DNA of 32,000 nucleotides from Formosa sp. Hel1_33_131 (lineage in GTDB: Bacteria; Bacteroidota; Bacteroidia; Flavobacteriales; Flavobacteriaceae): assembly GCF_001735745.1 (NCBI RefSeq), contig NZ_CP017260.1, forward strand, positions 1,350,001 to 1,382,000, written 5' to 3'. Shown piece after piece: positions 1-8,523 of this stretch. The stretch's first letter is position 1; every line of letters begins with the position of its first letter. The notes under the pieces are model-generated. The model searched no databases. It worked only from the letters and a program-made list of their open reading frames with translations, and was not told the DNA's origin. A program made the position numbers and the translations under genes.

Positions 1-644
1 GAGTTTTGATTGATGATTTAATCACCAAAGGTACTGACGAGCCTTATCGAATGTTTACGTCACGTGCGGAATACCGCACGCTTTTAAGGCAAGATAACGC
101 CGACATTCGTTTGACACCCAAAGGGTACGAATTGGGGATTGCGAGCGAAAAGCGCCTCAAGCGGATGGAAGAAAAGCTGTCCAAAGCCGAAGCTTTTGTT
201 GGGTTCTTTAGAACACAAAGTGTGAAGCCTGAGGAAGCAAATCCAGTTTTAGAAAGTAAAGATTCCCAACCGATTCGCCAGTCTGATAAAATGTTTAAGA
301 TATTTTCCAGGCCTAATATAGGCATTGAAGATGTTCGTAAATTTGAGGCAGTCGAAGCCTATATACAATCCAATGATTTGGATAATGAAGTCATTGAACA
401 AGCCGAAATACAGGTGAAGTATTCTGGGTATATAGCCAAAGAAAAACTGAATGCTGACAAACTCACACGTTTAGAATATGTCAAAATCCCTAGTGGTTAT
501 GACTACTCTCAAATCAAATCCATGAGTTATGAAGCACGTGAAAAACTAAAGAAAATACAACCCACAACGGTTGCTCAAGCGTCACGCATCAGCGGGGTGT
601 CCCCTAATGATATTTCTGTGCTACTGGTGTATATGGGGCGTTAA
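1..644 (+). CDS. mnmG: tRNA uridine-5-carboxymethylaminomethyl modification enzyme MnmG (GidA), C-terminal fragment; the 5' end lies outside the window
   Basis: The frame is open back to the window edge, with no in-frame stop from nt 3. The TTG at 6 in the ORF track is therefore an artefact of truncation. The translation EPYRMFTSRAEYRTLLRQDNADIRLT...IQVKYSGYI...ARISGVSPNDISVLLVYMGR matches the conserved MnmG C-terminal region as I recall it. Confidence 0.85.
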   Translation, partial: VLIDDLITKGTDEPYRMFTSRAEYRTLLRQDNADIRLTPKGYELGIASEKRLKRMEEKLSKAEAFVGFFRTQSVKPEEANPVLESKDSQPIRQSDKMFKIFSRPNIGIEDVRKFEAVEAYIQSNDLDNEVIEQAEIQVKYSGYIAKEKLNADKLTRLEYVKIPSGYDYSQIKSMSYEAREKLKKIQPTTVAQASRISGVSPNDISVLLVYMGR

Positions 645-655
645 TTAATCTAATT

Positions 656-669
656 GTTCCACGTGGAAC
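656..669. repeat. perfect 14-nt palindrome GTTCCACGTGGAAC (CACGTG core), site A
   Basis: Read directly from the sequence. It lies 12 nt after the mnmG stop and 5 nt before the ATG at 675. Confidence 0.9.
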
Positions 670-674
670 GTGAT

Positions 675-1529
675 ATGGAAACACACAAGAGCCATCTAAA
701 ACTTAAAGACCATTCCTTAAGCGGAGACTCCTTTGAACTCCTTTATGACCCGTCTAGAGAGTTGCTTTATACGCACCCCAAACCATCAGAAGAGAAATTG
801 TCAAGCTACTACCCTGACACGAATTATATCTCCCATACCAACCAGCGGAAATCTTTATTCGATCTTTTATACCATCTAGTTCGATCTGTTTCTGTTATAA
901 GAAAATTCAGACTTTTAAAATCCTTTCAGCCAAAACAAGGCGCACTATTGGATGTAGGTGCCGGCACTGGGTTTTTCTTAAGAGCTGCTAAAAAAAGAGG
1001 TTGGACTGTTACCGGAATTGAACCCAACCCCTCGGCGCGAAACCTTGCAAATTCAAAAGCGCCCAATACTGTTTTTGACACCGAAACCTTGGGCACGCTC
1101 CCCGAAAGGTCGTTTGATGTGATTACCCTTTGGCATGTATTAGAACACCTTCCAAATTTAGAGGACGACCTAAAAACATTCCAGAAACTTCTAAAACCAA
1201 ACGGTCGCATTGTGGTGGCAGTGCCAAATTTTAAAAGCTTTGACGCAGCTTACTTTAAAGACTTTTGGGCGGCTTATGATGTTCCAAGGCACCTATGGCA
1301 TTTTTCCCAACAGTCGATCTCAAAAGTGTTTTCTAAGGTTCAAATGAAATTAGAATCGACTCACCCTTTAATGATGGACGCGTATTACGTTAGTTTGCTT
1401 TCCAATAAACTTAAAACAGGGTCTCATCGAATTTTAAATAGTTTGTGGGTTGGATTTCTTTCAAATTTAAAGGCAGCAAAGTCCGGAGAGTACTCCTCGC
1501 TTATTTATATCCTCAAAAACAAGAATTAG
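675..1529 (+). CDS. class I SAM-dependent methyltransferase
   Basis: SAM-binding motif I LLDVGAGTGFF is present, followed downstream by FDVITLWHVLEHL and LKPNGRIVV, typical of the Methyltransf_11/23 fold. I prefer the ATG at 675 (METHKSHLKLKD...) over the TTG at 654 in the ORF track, because nt 656-669 form an intergenic-looking perfect palindrome. Confidence 0.8.
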   Translation: METHKSHLKLKDHSLSGDSFELLYDPSRELLYTHPKPSEEKLSSYYPDTNYISHTNQRKSLFDLLYHLVRSVSVIRKFRLLKSFQPKQGALLDVGAGTGFFLRAAKKRGWTVTGIEPNPSARNLANSKAPNTVFDTETLGTLPERSFDVITLWHVLEHLPNLEDDLKTFQKLLKPNGRIVVAVPNFKSFDAAYFKDFWAAYDVPRHLWHFSQQSISKVFSKVQMKLESTHPLMMDAYYVSLLSNKLKTGSHRILNSLWVGFLSNLKAAKSGEYSSLIYILKNKN

Positions 1530-1551
1530 CGTTTTAAGACCTTTTAGAGGT

Positions 1552-1567
1552 TGTTTCACGTGAAACA
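1552..1567. repeat. perfect 16-nt palindrome TGTTTCACGTGAAACA (CACGTG core), site B
   Basis: Read directly from the sequence. It lies 22 nt after the methyltransferase stop. It differs from site A by one symmetric position per half-site. Confidence 0.9.
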
Positions 1568-1573
1568 TCTAAT

Positions 1574-1600
1574 GTGCCATTCGGCATTTATATTTCTTAA
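1574..1600 (+). terminator. weak candidate intrinsic terminator after the methyltransferase gene
   Basis: The hairpin is GTGCC-ATTC-GGCAT (5 bp including one G-U) followed by the T-rich TTATATTTCTT. The stem is short. Confidence 0.3.
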
Positions 1601-1723
1601 TTTAAGAGGTGTTTAAAGAGGCTTAATAAAATAGTTTTTTACAATTACACTTAGTTAGATTGATAGTTTTTACTTATAATGCAACTCCGACACTTATTTT
1701 TACAATATTGCAATTACTTTTTT

Positions 1724-1731
1724 TACTTTTG
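1724..1731 (+). promoter_or_regulatory. candidate -7 box (TACTTTTG) for the ompH-like gene
   Basis: It matches TAnnTTTG and lies 24 nt upstream of the ATG at 1756. No well-spaced -33 TTG was found. Confidence 0.35.
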
Positions 1732-1755
1732 CATCCACAAACAAATTAAACTGTC

Positions 1756-2268
1756 ATGAAAAAAATAGCAATTGTATTTTTAACAATTATTACCCTTACA
1801 GCCTGCCAACAACAAAAAATTGGTTTTGTTGACAATGGAATTCTTATTAACGAGTACCAAGAGCGTGTAGATATTGAAGCAAAACTTCAAACTAAAATTG
1901 ACGCTTTCAAAATGCGGACAGACAGTTTACGATCTGCTTTTGAATTGGAAATAAAAGAAGCAGAATTAAAAGCAAGAAAAATGTCACAATCTGACATTCA
2001 GAAACTTTCACAAGAACTTCAACAAAAAGAACAAGTCTTGTCTCAAAGAGTTCAATTTGAGCAACAGCAAATCGCCCAAGAAAGTCAAACACTCAATGAC
2101 TCTATCATTAATAAGGTCAAAGATTTTGTTCAAACTTTTGGTAAATCAAACAGCTATAATTTCATCTTAGGAAGTAACGAAGCAGGAAGTGTTTTGTATG
2201 GTGAAGATGCCTCGGACCTAACACAAGAAATTTTAAAGGCATTAAACGAAAGCTACACGAAAGACTAA
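1756..2268 (+). CDS. OmpH/Skp-family periplasmic chaperone lipoprotein
   Basis: It has an N-terminal signal peptide with lipobox LTAC. The body is Gln/Glu/Lys-rich and coiled-coil-like (ELQQKEQVLSQRVQFEQQQIAQE). The 170-aa size and KIGFVD start are typical of Bacteroidota OmpH. Confidence 0.75.
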   Translation: MKKIAIVFLTIITLTACQQQKIGFVDNGILINEYQERVDIEAKLQTKIDAFKMRTDSLRSAFELEIKEAELKARKMSQSDIQKLSQELQQKEQVLSQRVQFEQQQIAQESQTLNDSIINKVKDFVQTFGKSNSYNFILGSNEAGSVLYGEDASDLTQEILKALNESYTKD

Positions 2269-3392
2269 GCTTTTTTTAGGTGTAACAAACGCGTTAGCTT
2301 GATGGATAAATCGGTCAAAACAATCTTTGGATTGGCATTGCGTTCAATATGGTAGTTTGCCAATTCGATTTCTTTTGAAATTTCAATAATGTTGGAAGCG
2401 TCTATAAATGGCGCAAAGTTCTCCAATTTAAACGACTTATCATTTAACTTCATGAAAACCAAATCTTTAGCCCCGTAATTATAAAGGAGTGCTTGCCTAA
2501 AAAAGCGCAAACTATAGTCTAAAAATTGTTTTTGTATTTCGCGACCTGCCTTGGAAATTTCATCACTCCAAGCCATCAGACTGTTGATGGACTGCTTGTT
2601 ACTTTTCGCTTGAAATGCCGTTCGCACCCACGCGATAAACCAAGCTTCAAACTGGAGATCTTCGGGTTCCTGACTTAATAAATCCAACGCTCTGCTATAG
2701 CTCCCCTCCGATTGATGAGCAATGTTTTGCGCCAAACCTGCTTCTGTACTATGAGCTGTAATAAGTGTGTTTTTTATCGTTTCTTCCGAAAGTGGATTTA
2801 AATGCACGACTTGACATCGCGATCGAATGGTATTAATCAGTTGCTCTTCATCTTCTGTCACCAGAATGATCACTGTTTTATCTGCCGGTTCTTCAATTAA
2901 TTTGAGTAATTTATTGGCACACATGGAATTCATCTTTTCAGCCATCCACACAATCATTACTTTATAACCACCGTTAAACGCCTTCAAAGACATTTTTGAC
3001 ACCACATCATGTGCTTCTTCGACCCCAATATTTCCCTGTTTATTGCCCACACCAACCACATCATACCAATCGTTTATCGATCCATACGGATTTGTTTCTA
3101 TAAAAGAACGCCACTCTGTAAGGTAATTAGATGAAATGGGTTTAGACTTCACCTTATCACTTGTGGTGACAGGATATACAAAATGGATGTTAGGATGTGT
3201 GAGTGGGCTCATCGCTCCAACTCCACCCTCTTGATGCTTCATTAAATAATCGGCATACGCAATCGCCATTGGGAGCGCACCGACTCCACGTTTTCCGACG
3301 TAAAGTTGTGCGTGTGGAATACGTCCAGAATTGACGCTCTGCGTTAAGTGTGTTTTTAAAAAAGATTGCCCTATAATATCCTCAAAAGTCAT
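2265..3392 (-). CDS. holB: DNA polymerase III delta-prime subunit (clamp-loader AAA+ protein)
   Basis: GRIPHAQLYVGKRGVGALPMAIAYADYL is a degenerate Walker A typical of delta-prime. The MIVWMAEKMN box and SRCQVVHL (SRC motif) are also present. Length is 375 aa. The 3' end overlaps the convergent ompH-like gene by 4 nt. Confidence 0.75.
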   Translation of the reverse strand: MTFEDIIGQSFLKTHLTQSVNSGRIPHAQLYVGKRGVGALPMAIAYADYLMKHQEGGVGAMSPLTHPNIHFVYPVTTSDKVKSKPISSNYLTEWRSFIETNPYGSINDWYDVVGVGNKQGNIGVEEAHDVVSKMSLKAFNGGYKVMIVWMAEKMNSMCANKLLKLIEEPADKTVIILVTEDEEQLINTIRSRCQVVHLNPLSEETIKNTLITAHSTEAGLAQNIAHQSEGSYSRALDLLSQEPEDLQFEAWFIAWVRTAFQAKSNKQSINSLMAWSDEISKAGREIQKQFLDYSLRFFRQALLYNYGAKDLVFMKLNDKSFKLENFAPFIDASNIIEISKEIELANYHIERNANPKIVLTDLSIKLTRLLHLKKA

Positions 3393-3515
3393 GAAACAAA
3401 GATAGCAGATTTAATTGAATCTCCTCATGAAATCGAGACGTCCTCTGAACTCAAAACAACAAACCTCAGCGAGATAAACTTTTCAAGGCTTCGCTACAAC
3501 TTTCTTAAACGCTCC

Positions 3516-3547
3516 TTGCCATAGGCTAAAAGAAATTCTTACCTTTG
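3516..3547 (+). promoter_or_regulatory. candidate Bacteroidota-type promoter for pgk
   Basis: TTG at 3516-3518 and TACCTTTG (TAnnTTTG -7 box) at 3540-3547 are separated by a 21-nt spacer. The -7 box ends 34 nt upstream of the pgk ATG. Confidence 0.45.
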
Positions 3548-3581
3548 AATTTTATAAATCAATCCATATTATCTCGAAGAA

Positions 3582-4769
3582 ATGAAAACCATACAGAACG
3601 TAAATTTTAAAAATACAAAAGCATTAATACGTGTAGATTTTAATGTGCCTTTAAATGCGCAATTCGAAGTTACTGACAACACGAGAATTGTTTCAGCAAA
3701 ACCAACCATTTTAAAGGTTTTGGAAGATGGCGGCAGCTGTATCTTAATGTCTCATTTGGGACGACCAAAAGCTCAAGAGTCGGAATTTTCATTGCGTCAT
3801 ATTGTAAGTACGCTTGAAACTGTTTTAGGTGTTCAAGTGCTGTTTTCAAGTGACTGTATTGGCGAAGAAGCACAAACCGCAGCAGACAATTTACAACCAG
3901 GTCAGGTTTTGTTGTTAGAAAACTTAAGGTACCATTCTGAAGAAACAAAAGGTGATCTTGGTTTTGCAGAGGCACTTTCTAAGTTAGGTGATTTTTATAT
4001 CAATGATGCTTTTGGAACGGCGCACAGAGCTCATGCTTCAACGACCATTATCGCTCAATTTTTTCCAGTAAATAAATGTTTTGGAAGCTTGCTTGCTCAA
4101 GAAATTGAAAGTATTGACAAAGTAATGCAAACGGGAGAAAAGCCAGTATTGGCAATTTTGGGAGGTGCTAAAGTCTCTTCAAAAATTACAATTATAGATA
4201 ATATTTTAGATAAAGTAGATCATTTAATTATTGGTGGTGGAATGACTTTTACGTTTGTAAAAGCACAAGGCGGCCATGTTGGAGATTCTATTTGTGAGGA
4301 TGACAAAATGGAATTAGCACTTGAAATTCTTGAAAAAGCAAAAGTTAAAAATGTTCAAATTCACATTCCTGTGGATGTATTGGCAGCCAATGATTTTAGC
4401 AACGATGCAAACACACAAATTGTAGACGTGCGTGAGATTCCTAAAAACTGGCAAGGTTTAGATTGTGGTCCAAAATCAAAAGCAATCTTTCATGACGTGG
4501 TTCAGAAATGTAAAACGATTTTATGGAACGGGCCTTTAGGTGTTTTTGAGATGGAAACATTTTCTAGTGGAACGATCGCCTTAGGAGATTCTATTGCAGA
4601 AGCAACTAAAAACGGTGCTTTTTCACTTGTTGGTGGTGGCGATTCTGTGGCAGCCGTAAAGCAGTTTGGGTTTGAAAACAAAGTGAGCTATGTAAGTACT
4701 GGCGGTGGTGCCATGCTTGAAAGTTTAGAGGGAAAAACCCTTCCAGGGATTGCTGCTATTTCTGAATAA
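3582..4769 (+). CDS. pgk: phosphoglycerate kinase
   Basis: The 395-aa translation carries IRVDFNVPL, MSHLGRPK, NDAFGTAHRAHAST, GGAKVSSKI, LWNGPLGVFE and STGGGA, the hallmark PGK motifs. Confidence 0.95.
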   Translation: MKTIQNVNFKNTKALIRVDFNVPLNAQFEVTDNTRIVSAKPTILKVLEDGGSCILMSHLGRPKAQESEFSLRHIVSTLETVLGVQVLFSSDCIGEEAQTAADNLQPGQVLLLENLRYHSEETKGDLGFAEALSKLGDFYINDAFGTAHRAHASTTIIAQFFPVNKCFGSLLAQEIESIDKVMQTGEKPVLAILGGAKVSSKITIIDNILDKVDHLIIGGGMTFTFVKAQGGHVGDSICEDDKMELALEILEKAKVKNVQIHIPVDVLAANDFSNDANTQIVDVREIPKNWQGLDCGPKSKAIFHDVVQKCKTILWNGPLGVFEMETFSSGTIALGDSIAEATKNGAFSLVGGGDSVAAVKQFGFENKVSYVSTGGGAMLESLEGKTLPGIAAISE

Positions 4770-4821
4770 TTAGCTGCTTGTGGTGTTGAATAGGGTGTGA
4801 AATTAACAATGATTTTATAGA

Positions 4822-6306
4822 ATGAAATTTAAAATCTTTTTATTTTTTGGAGTATTGAGCTGTGGTCTTTTACACAGTCAAAGTGTTGACAGTTTAGCTG
4901 TGGTTCCTACTCCAACCATTGATTCTATTCCATTGAATCTTGCGAACGTTCAGAAAATTGAAGAACGCTGGCATAATGAAGTGTACAATAATTCGCTGTA
5001 TGACACGCTTACGAATGTTGTTTCCAACCAGTCCTATGAGGCAATTTACTATCCAGAATTACCAACGGATACACTCAAAAAACGATTGGCGATTCTTGAT
5101 GCCAAAACACCTTTTAACATAGCCTACAACACTTCTTTGGAAAGCGTTATAAAGAGCTATTTAAAAAACCGTAAACGCTCTACTGAAACGCTCATTAATC
5201 GTAGTCAGTATTATTTTCCAATGTTTGAGGAAGTTTTAGACAAACACAACCTTCCGTTAGAAATTAAATATTTGGCAGTGGTTGAATCAGCTTTAAAACC
5301 GTGCGCAAAATCACGTGTGGGTGCTACAGGACTTTGGCAGTTTATGTTTGCGACAGGCAAACAGTATGGGCTTGAAGTCAGCAGTTACGTCGATGAACGC
5401 TGTGATCCTTTACGCTCTACCAATGCCGCCGCTAAATACTTAGCATCGCTGTACAAAACATTTGGAGATTGGGACCTTGCGCTAGCAGCCTATAATTCTG
5501 GCCCTGGAAATGTTACAAAAGCAATTCGGAGATCTGGGGGATATCAAAATTATTGGAACATCCGATCGTTTCTACCACGTGAAACTGCAGGGTATCTCCC
5601 CGCTTTTCTAGCAACGCTTTACCTTTTTGAATACGCCGATGCACATGGATTTCAAGTTGAGAAAAACCAACTTCCAAGCGTTGCAACCGATACAATTCAT
5701 ATCAAACAAATGATTTCTTTAGATCAAGTTGCAGAGCTTACAGATACTAAAATTGAAACACTCCAACATCTAAATCCTTCTTATAAGTTAGATATTATTC
5801 CTGTTTTAGATAATAAGAACTATACCCTTAGACTTCCACTTGCTAAAATTGGTGATTTCGTTCAAAATGAAACACAAATTTATGCGGCTGCAAAAGCTGA
5901 GTTTGAAGCACGTGAGAAACCCTTGCCTCAGTTTTTCGAAATTGATTCTAAAATCAGATATAAAGTAAGATCGGGCGACTATTTAGGAAAGATTGCACGA
6001 AAATTCAGAGTCAGAGTGAGTCAAATCAAAAAATGGAACGGATTGCGAACAAATGATTTAAAAATAGGACAACGGTTGACCATCTATTCTCGAAACCCTA
6101 CAGCACACACTGTTAATAATTCAAAATCAGTCACTAAAAGTTCTAAAAATACAGCCAATAAATCGACCTATTTGGTGAAGTCAGGCGACTCTCTTTGGAG
6201 CATCTCAAATAAATTAACAGGAATTTCTATCCAAAACCTTAAAGAATGGAATGATATTTGGGACAGTCATTTAAAACCAGGGATGACCTTGATTATTTCT
6301 AACTAA
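4822..6306 (+). CDS. secreted lytic murein transglycosylase (SLT domain) with two C-terminal LysM domains (MltD-like)
   Basis: It has a signal peptide (MKFKIFLFFGVLSCGLLHSQ). The SLT catalytic region VESALKPCAKSRVGATGLWQFM...AAYNSGPGNV is present. Two LysM repeats follow: YKVRSGDYLGKIARKF...LKIGQRLTI and YLVKSGDSLWSISNKL...LKPGMTLII. Confidence 0.85.
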   Translation: MKFKIFLFFGVLSCGLLHSQSVDSLAVVPTPTIDSIPLNLANVQKIEERWHNEVYNNSLYDTLTNVVSNQSYEAIYYPELPTDTLKKRLAILDAKTPFNIAYNTSLESVIKSYLKNRKRSTETLINRSQYYFPMFEEVLDKHNLPLEIKYLAVVESALKPCAKSRVGATGLWQFMFATGKQYGLEVSSYVDERCDPLRSTNAAAKYLASLYKTFGDWDLALAAYNSGPGNVTKAIRRSGGYQNYWNIRSFLPRETAGYLPAFLATLYLFEYADAHGFQVEKNQLPSVATDTIHIKQMISLDQVAELTDTKIETLQHLNPSYKLDIIPVLDNKNYTLRLPLAKIGDFVQNETQIYAAAKAEFEAREKPLPQFFEIDSKIRYKVRSGDYLGKIARKFRVRVSQIKKWNGLRTNDLKIGQRLTIYSRNPTAHTVNNSKSVTKSSKNTANKSTYLVKSGDSLWSISNKLTGISIQNLKEWNDIWDSHLKPGMTLIISN

Positions 6307-6317
6307 AACACAAATCG

Positions 6318-7295
6318 ATGAGACTTTATTTGAAAGCGTTCTGTTTAGTATTCCTTTTTTCTGCATGTGATGATTCGAATTCTAAAAAAGTTTATAAGCC
6401 ACAATCCTCCGGAAACATCAATAATTTATCAGTGGTAATTGATAATGATTTATGGGACACATCGGTTGGTGAAACGATTCGATCGACGGTTGGAGGGCCT
6501 TTATATGGACTGCCTCAAGACGAGCCGCAGCTTACATTGCGACAAATACCCACTTCAGTTTTTACGGGCTTTGTGAAAAATACACGTCTCATTTTAAAAA
6601 TAAAAAAAGGTCTAGCCGCCACCACAAAATTTTATAAAGACCCCTATGCTTCGCCTCAACGGATGGTTACGGTTAGCGGAATGACCAATCAGGAAATTAG
6701 CGATCAATTTATAGCAAATCAAGATAAGATTGTCAAGGCATTTAAAGCGCAAGAGATCCAAGAAAAGCAACGTCGAACTAGAAAATCTCTATTCAATTCA
6801 ACCGCCGTTACCAAGCAGTTTGGGATCAACATTCAGTTTCCATCTATTTATCGCATTGCAAAACAAGCCGAAGATTTTTTCTGGATCCGAAGAGATATTA
6901 AAACGGGGACAGTCAATTTATTGATATATACACTTCCTTTTGATGAGACTCTTACAAAAGAAGCTCTGGCAGAACGGGTGATTACAGTGCGCGATTCTAT
7001 TGGAAAACAACACATTCAAGGACCTGTAGATGGGAGTTATATGACTACAGAAAAGGCGTACACGCCCTTTTTTGGGGATACCAAAGTGGCGAATTTAACT
7101 AGTTTTGAAACCAAAAGTATTTGGCAGGTAAAAGACGCTTTTATGTCGGGACCTTTTATTAATTACTGGATAGAAGACAAGGCAAATAACCGCTACTTGA
7201 TTGCAGAAGGATTTGTGTATGCGCCTTCCGTTGGAAAACGTGATTATATTTTTGAATTAGAAGCGATTATACAATCGATAACGATAAAACAATAA
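6318..7295 (+). CDS. conserved Bacteroidota lipoprotein of unknown function (DUF4837-like by recollection)
   Basis: It has a signal peptide with lipobox FSAC and is 325 aa with no catalytic motif I recognise. The DUF assignment is from memory of similar Flavobacteriia proteins and is unverified. Confidence 0.45.
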   Translation: MRLYLKAFCLVFLFSACDDSNSKKVYKPQSSGNINNLSVVIDNDLWDTSVGETIRSTVGGPLYGLPQDEPQLTLRQIPTSVFTGFVKNTRLILKIKKGLAATTKFYKDPYASPQRMVTVSGMTNQEISDQFIANQDKIVKAFKAQEIQEKQRRTRKSLFNSTAVTKQFGINIQFPSIYRIAKQAEDFFWIRRDIKTGTVNLLIYTLPFDETLTKEALAERVITVRDSIGKQHIQGPVDGSYMTTEKAYTPFFGDTKVANLTSFETKSIWQVKDAFMSGPFINYWIEDKANNRYLIAEGFVYAPSVGKRDYIFELEAIIQSITIKQ

Positions 7296-7333
7296 GGCGT
7301 TTGACAAGCAAAAGACTTTTTAGTCAGCCTTAT
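7292..7333. terminator. candidate bidirectional hairpin between the convergent lipoprotein gene and tatA
   Basis: ATAAGGC (7292-7298) pairs with GCCTTAT (7327-7333). An inner TGAC/GTCA pair and an AAAAG/CTTTT pair extend the stem. The element fills the entire 38-nt convergent gap and overlaps the TAA stop of the upstream gene. Confidence 0.5.
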
Positions 7334-7528
7334 TTAATCTTTTTTATCTTCAATATTTTCACTGTCTTTTTTTTCTTCTTGACTGGCTTTTTTGAACTCT
7401 TTAATTCCGCCCCCTAAACCTTTCATAAGTTCAGGAATTTTTTTACCGCCAAACAACAAAAGAACTACCACCACAATTAAAATAATTTGTGGCGCACCGA
7501 TCGCTAATGGTAACATATATATGTTCAT
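7334..7528 (-). CDS. tatA: twin-arginine translocase subunit TatA/E
   Basis: The 64-aa protein has a single N-terminal TM helix followed by [26 protein letters not shown], the TatA hinge and amphipathic-helix signature, and an acidic/Lys-rich tail. Confidence 0.85.
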   Translation of the reverse strand: MNIYMLPLAIGAPQIILIVVVVLLLFGGKKIPELMKGLGGGIKEFKKASQEEKKDSENIEDKKD

Positions 7529-7548
7529 GATGTCATAAATTTAGATTA

Positions 7549-7556
7549 CAAAGTTA
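7549..7556 (-). promoter_or_regulatory. candidate -7 box for tatA (TAACTTTG on the minus strand)
   Basis: The plus strand reads CAAAGTTA, 21-28 nt upstream of the tatA start at 7528. No convincing -33 element was found. Confidence 0.35.
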
Positions 7557-7645
7557 ATAATTATCCTTTAAATAAAGAGTTATTTCAAACTTTAGTCTGT
7601 TATAAACACACGAATCGCTTAATTTTTAATTAATTTTGTCTTGTA

Positions 7646-8512
7646 ATGACCAGAAAAAAAACAAATAAAAAGAAACTCAAAAAGAAGTTGCTTCACAAAT
7701 ACCGCCTAGTGGTATTAAATGAAGACACTTTTGAAGAGCGATTAGCGTTCAAGTTAACTCGTCTCAATGTCTTTGTTTTGGGCTCTTTAATTGCAATTTT
7801 ATTGGTGGCGATCACCACGGTTTTTATTGCGTTTACGCCTGTTCGAGAATACATTCCTGGCTATTCTTCAACTGCGCTTCAAAAGCAAGCATTGGAACTG
7901 GATTTTAAAACGGATTCGTTACTAGAGGTGATTAATATGAATGATGCTTACATTACTTCCGTTAAAAGCGTATTACGAGGCGAAGTGAGCGCGGTTGTCA
8001 TTAATAAAGATTCTATTTTCAAAGCCGCTCAAGCTGATACAGATATTTTAGATTTAAACCCTTCAAAAGCGGATTCTATATTAAGAGCGAAGGTGAGCAA
8101 TGAGGATAAATATAATTTATTTGAAACGGCTACGACCGCTACAGATTTTGTGTTTTTCCCTCCTGTTAACGGATCTATAAGTGCCGGATTTGATACAAAT
8201 GAAAAGCATTATGCCGTTGATATTGTCATTCCAAAAAACACCCCTGTAAAGGCCACTGCCGACGGACGAGTCTTGTTTGCTTCATGGACTTCAGACGCCA
8301 GTTATGTGATCATTATAGATCATGGTGATGAATTGATTTCTGTGTATAAACACAACTCATCTCTTACAAAATCTCAAGGAGATTTTGTAAAATCAAGAGA
8401 AGTCATCGCAATTTCTGGATCTTCAGGTGAGTTGAGTACAGGGCCACATTTACATTTCGAACTTTGGAATAATGGAATCCCCCTGAATCCATCTACCTTT
8501 ATTGACTTTTAA
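7646..8512 (+). CDS. membrane-anchored M23-family peptidoglycan metalloendopeptidase
   Basis: It has a basic N-terminus plus a TM helix (VFVLGSLIAILLVAITTVFIAF). The M23 zinc motifs HYAVDI (HxxxD) and GPHLHFELW (HxH) are present. Confidence 0.8.
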   Translation: MTRKKTNKKKLKKKLLHKYRLVVLNEDTFEERLAFKLTRLNVFVLGSLIAILLVAITTVFIAFTPVREYIPGYSSTALQKQALELDFKTDSLLEVINMNDAYITSVKSVLRGEVSAVVINKDSIFKAAQADTDILDLNPSKADSILRAKVSNEDKYNLFETATTATDFVFFPPVNGSISAGFDTNEKHYAVDIVIPKNTPVKATADGRVLFASWTSDASYVIIIDHGDELISVYKHNSSLTKSQGDFVKSREVIAISGSSGELSTGPHLHFELWNNGIPLNPSTFIDF

Positions 8513-8523
8513 AACCAATTAAA

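Noticed and set aside
654-674. TTG start codon giving the N-terminal extension MFHVERD on the methyltransferase
   Set aside because: These codons are the palindrome GTTCCACGTGGAAC. An ATG at 675 gives an N-terminus consistent with the family. I treat the extension as an ORF-calling artefact.
2265-2268. 4-nt overlap of the convergent ompH-like and holB 3' ends
   Set aside because: It is real in the sequence but is a common compact-genome arrangement. I could identify no structure or extra signal.
3427-3477. 16-codon ORF (MKSRRPLNSKQQTSAR) in the holB-pgk divergent intergenic region
   Set aside because: It is too short, has no RBS-like or promoter context, and has no recognisable peptide class. 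It is probably chance.
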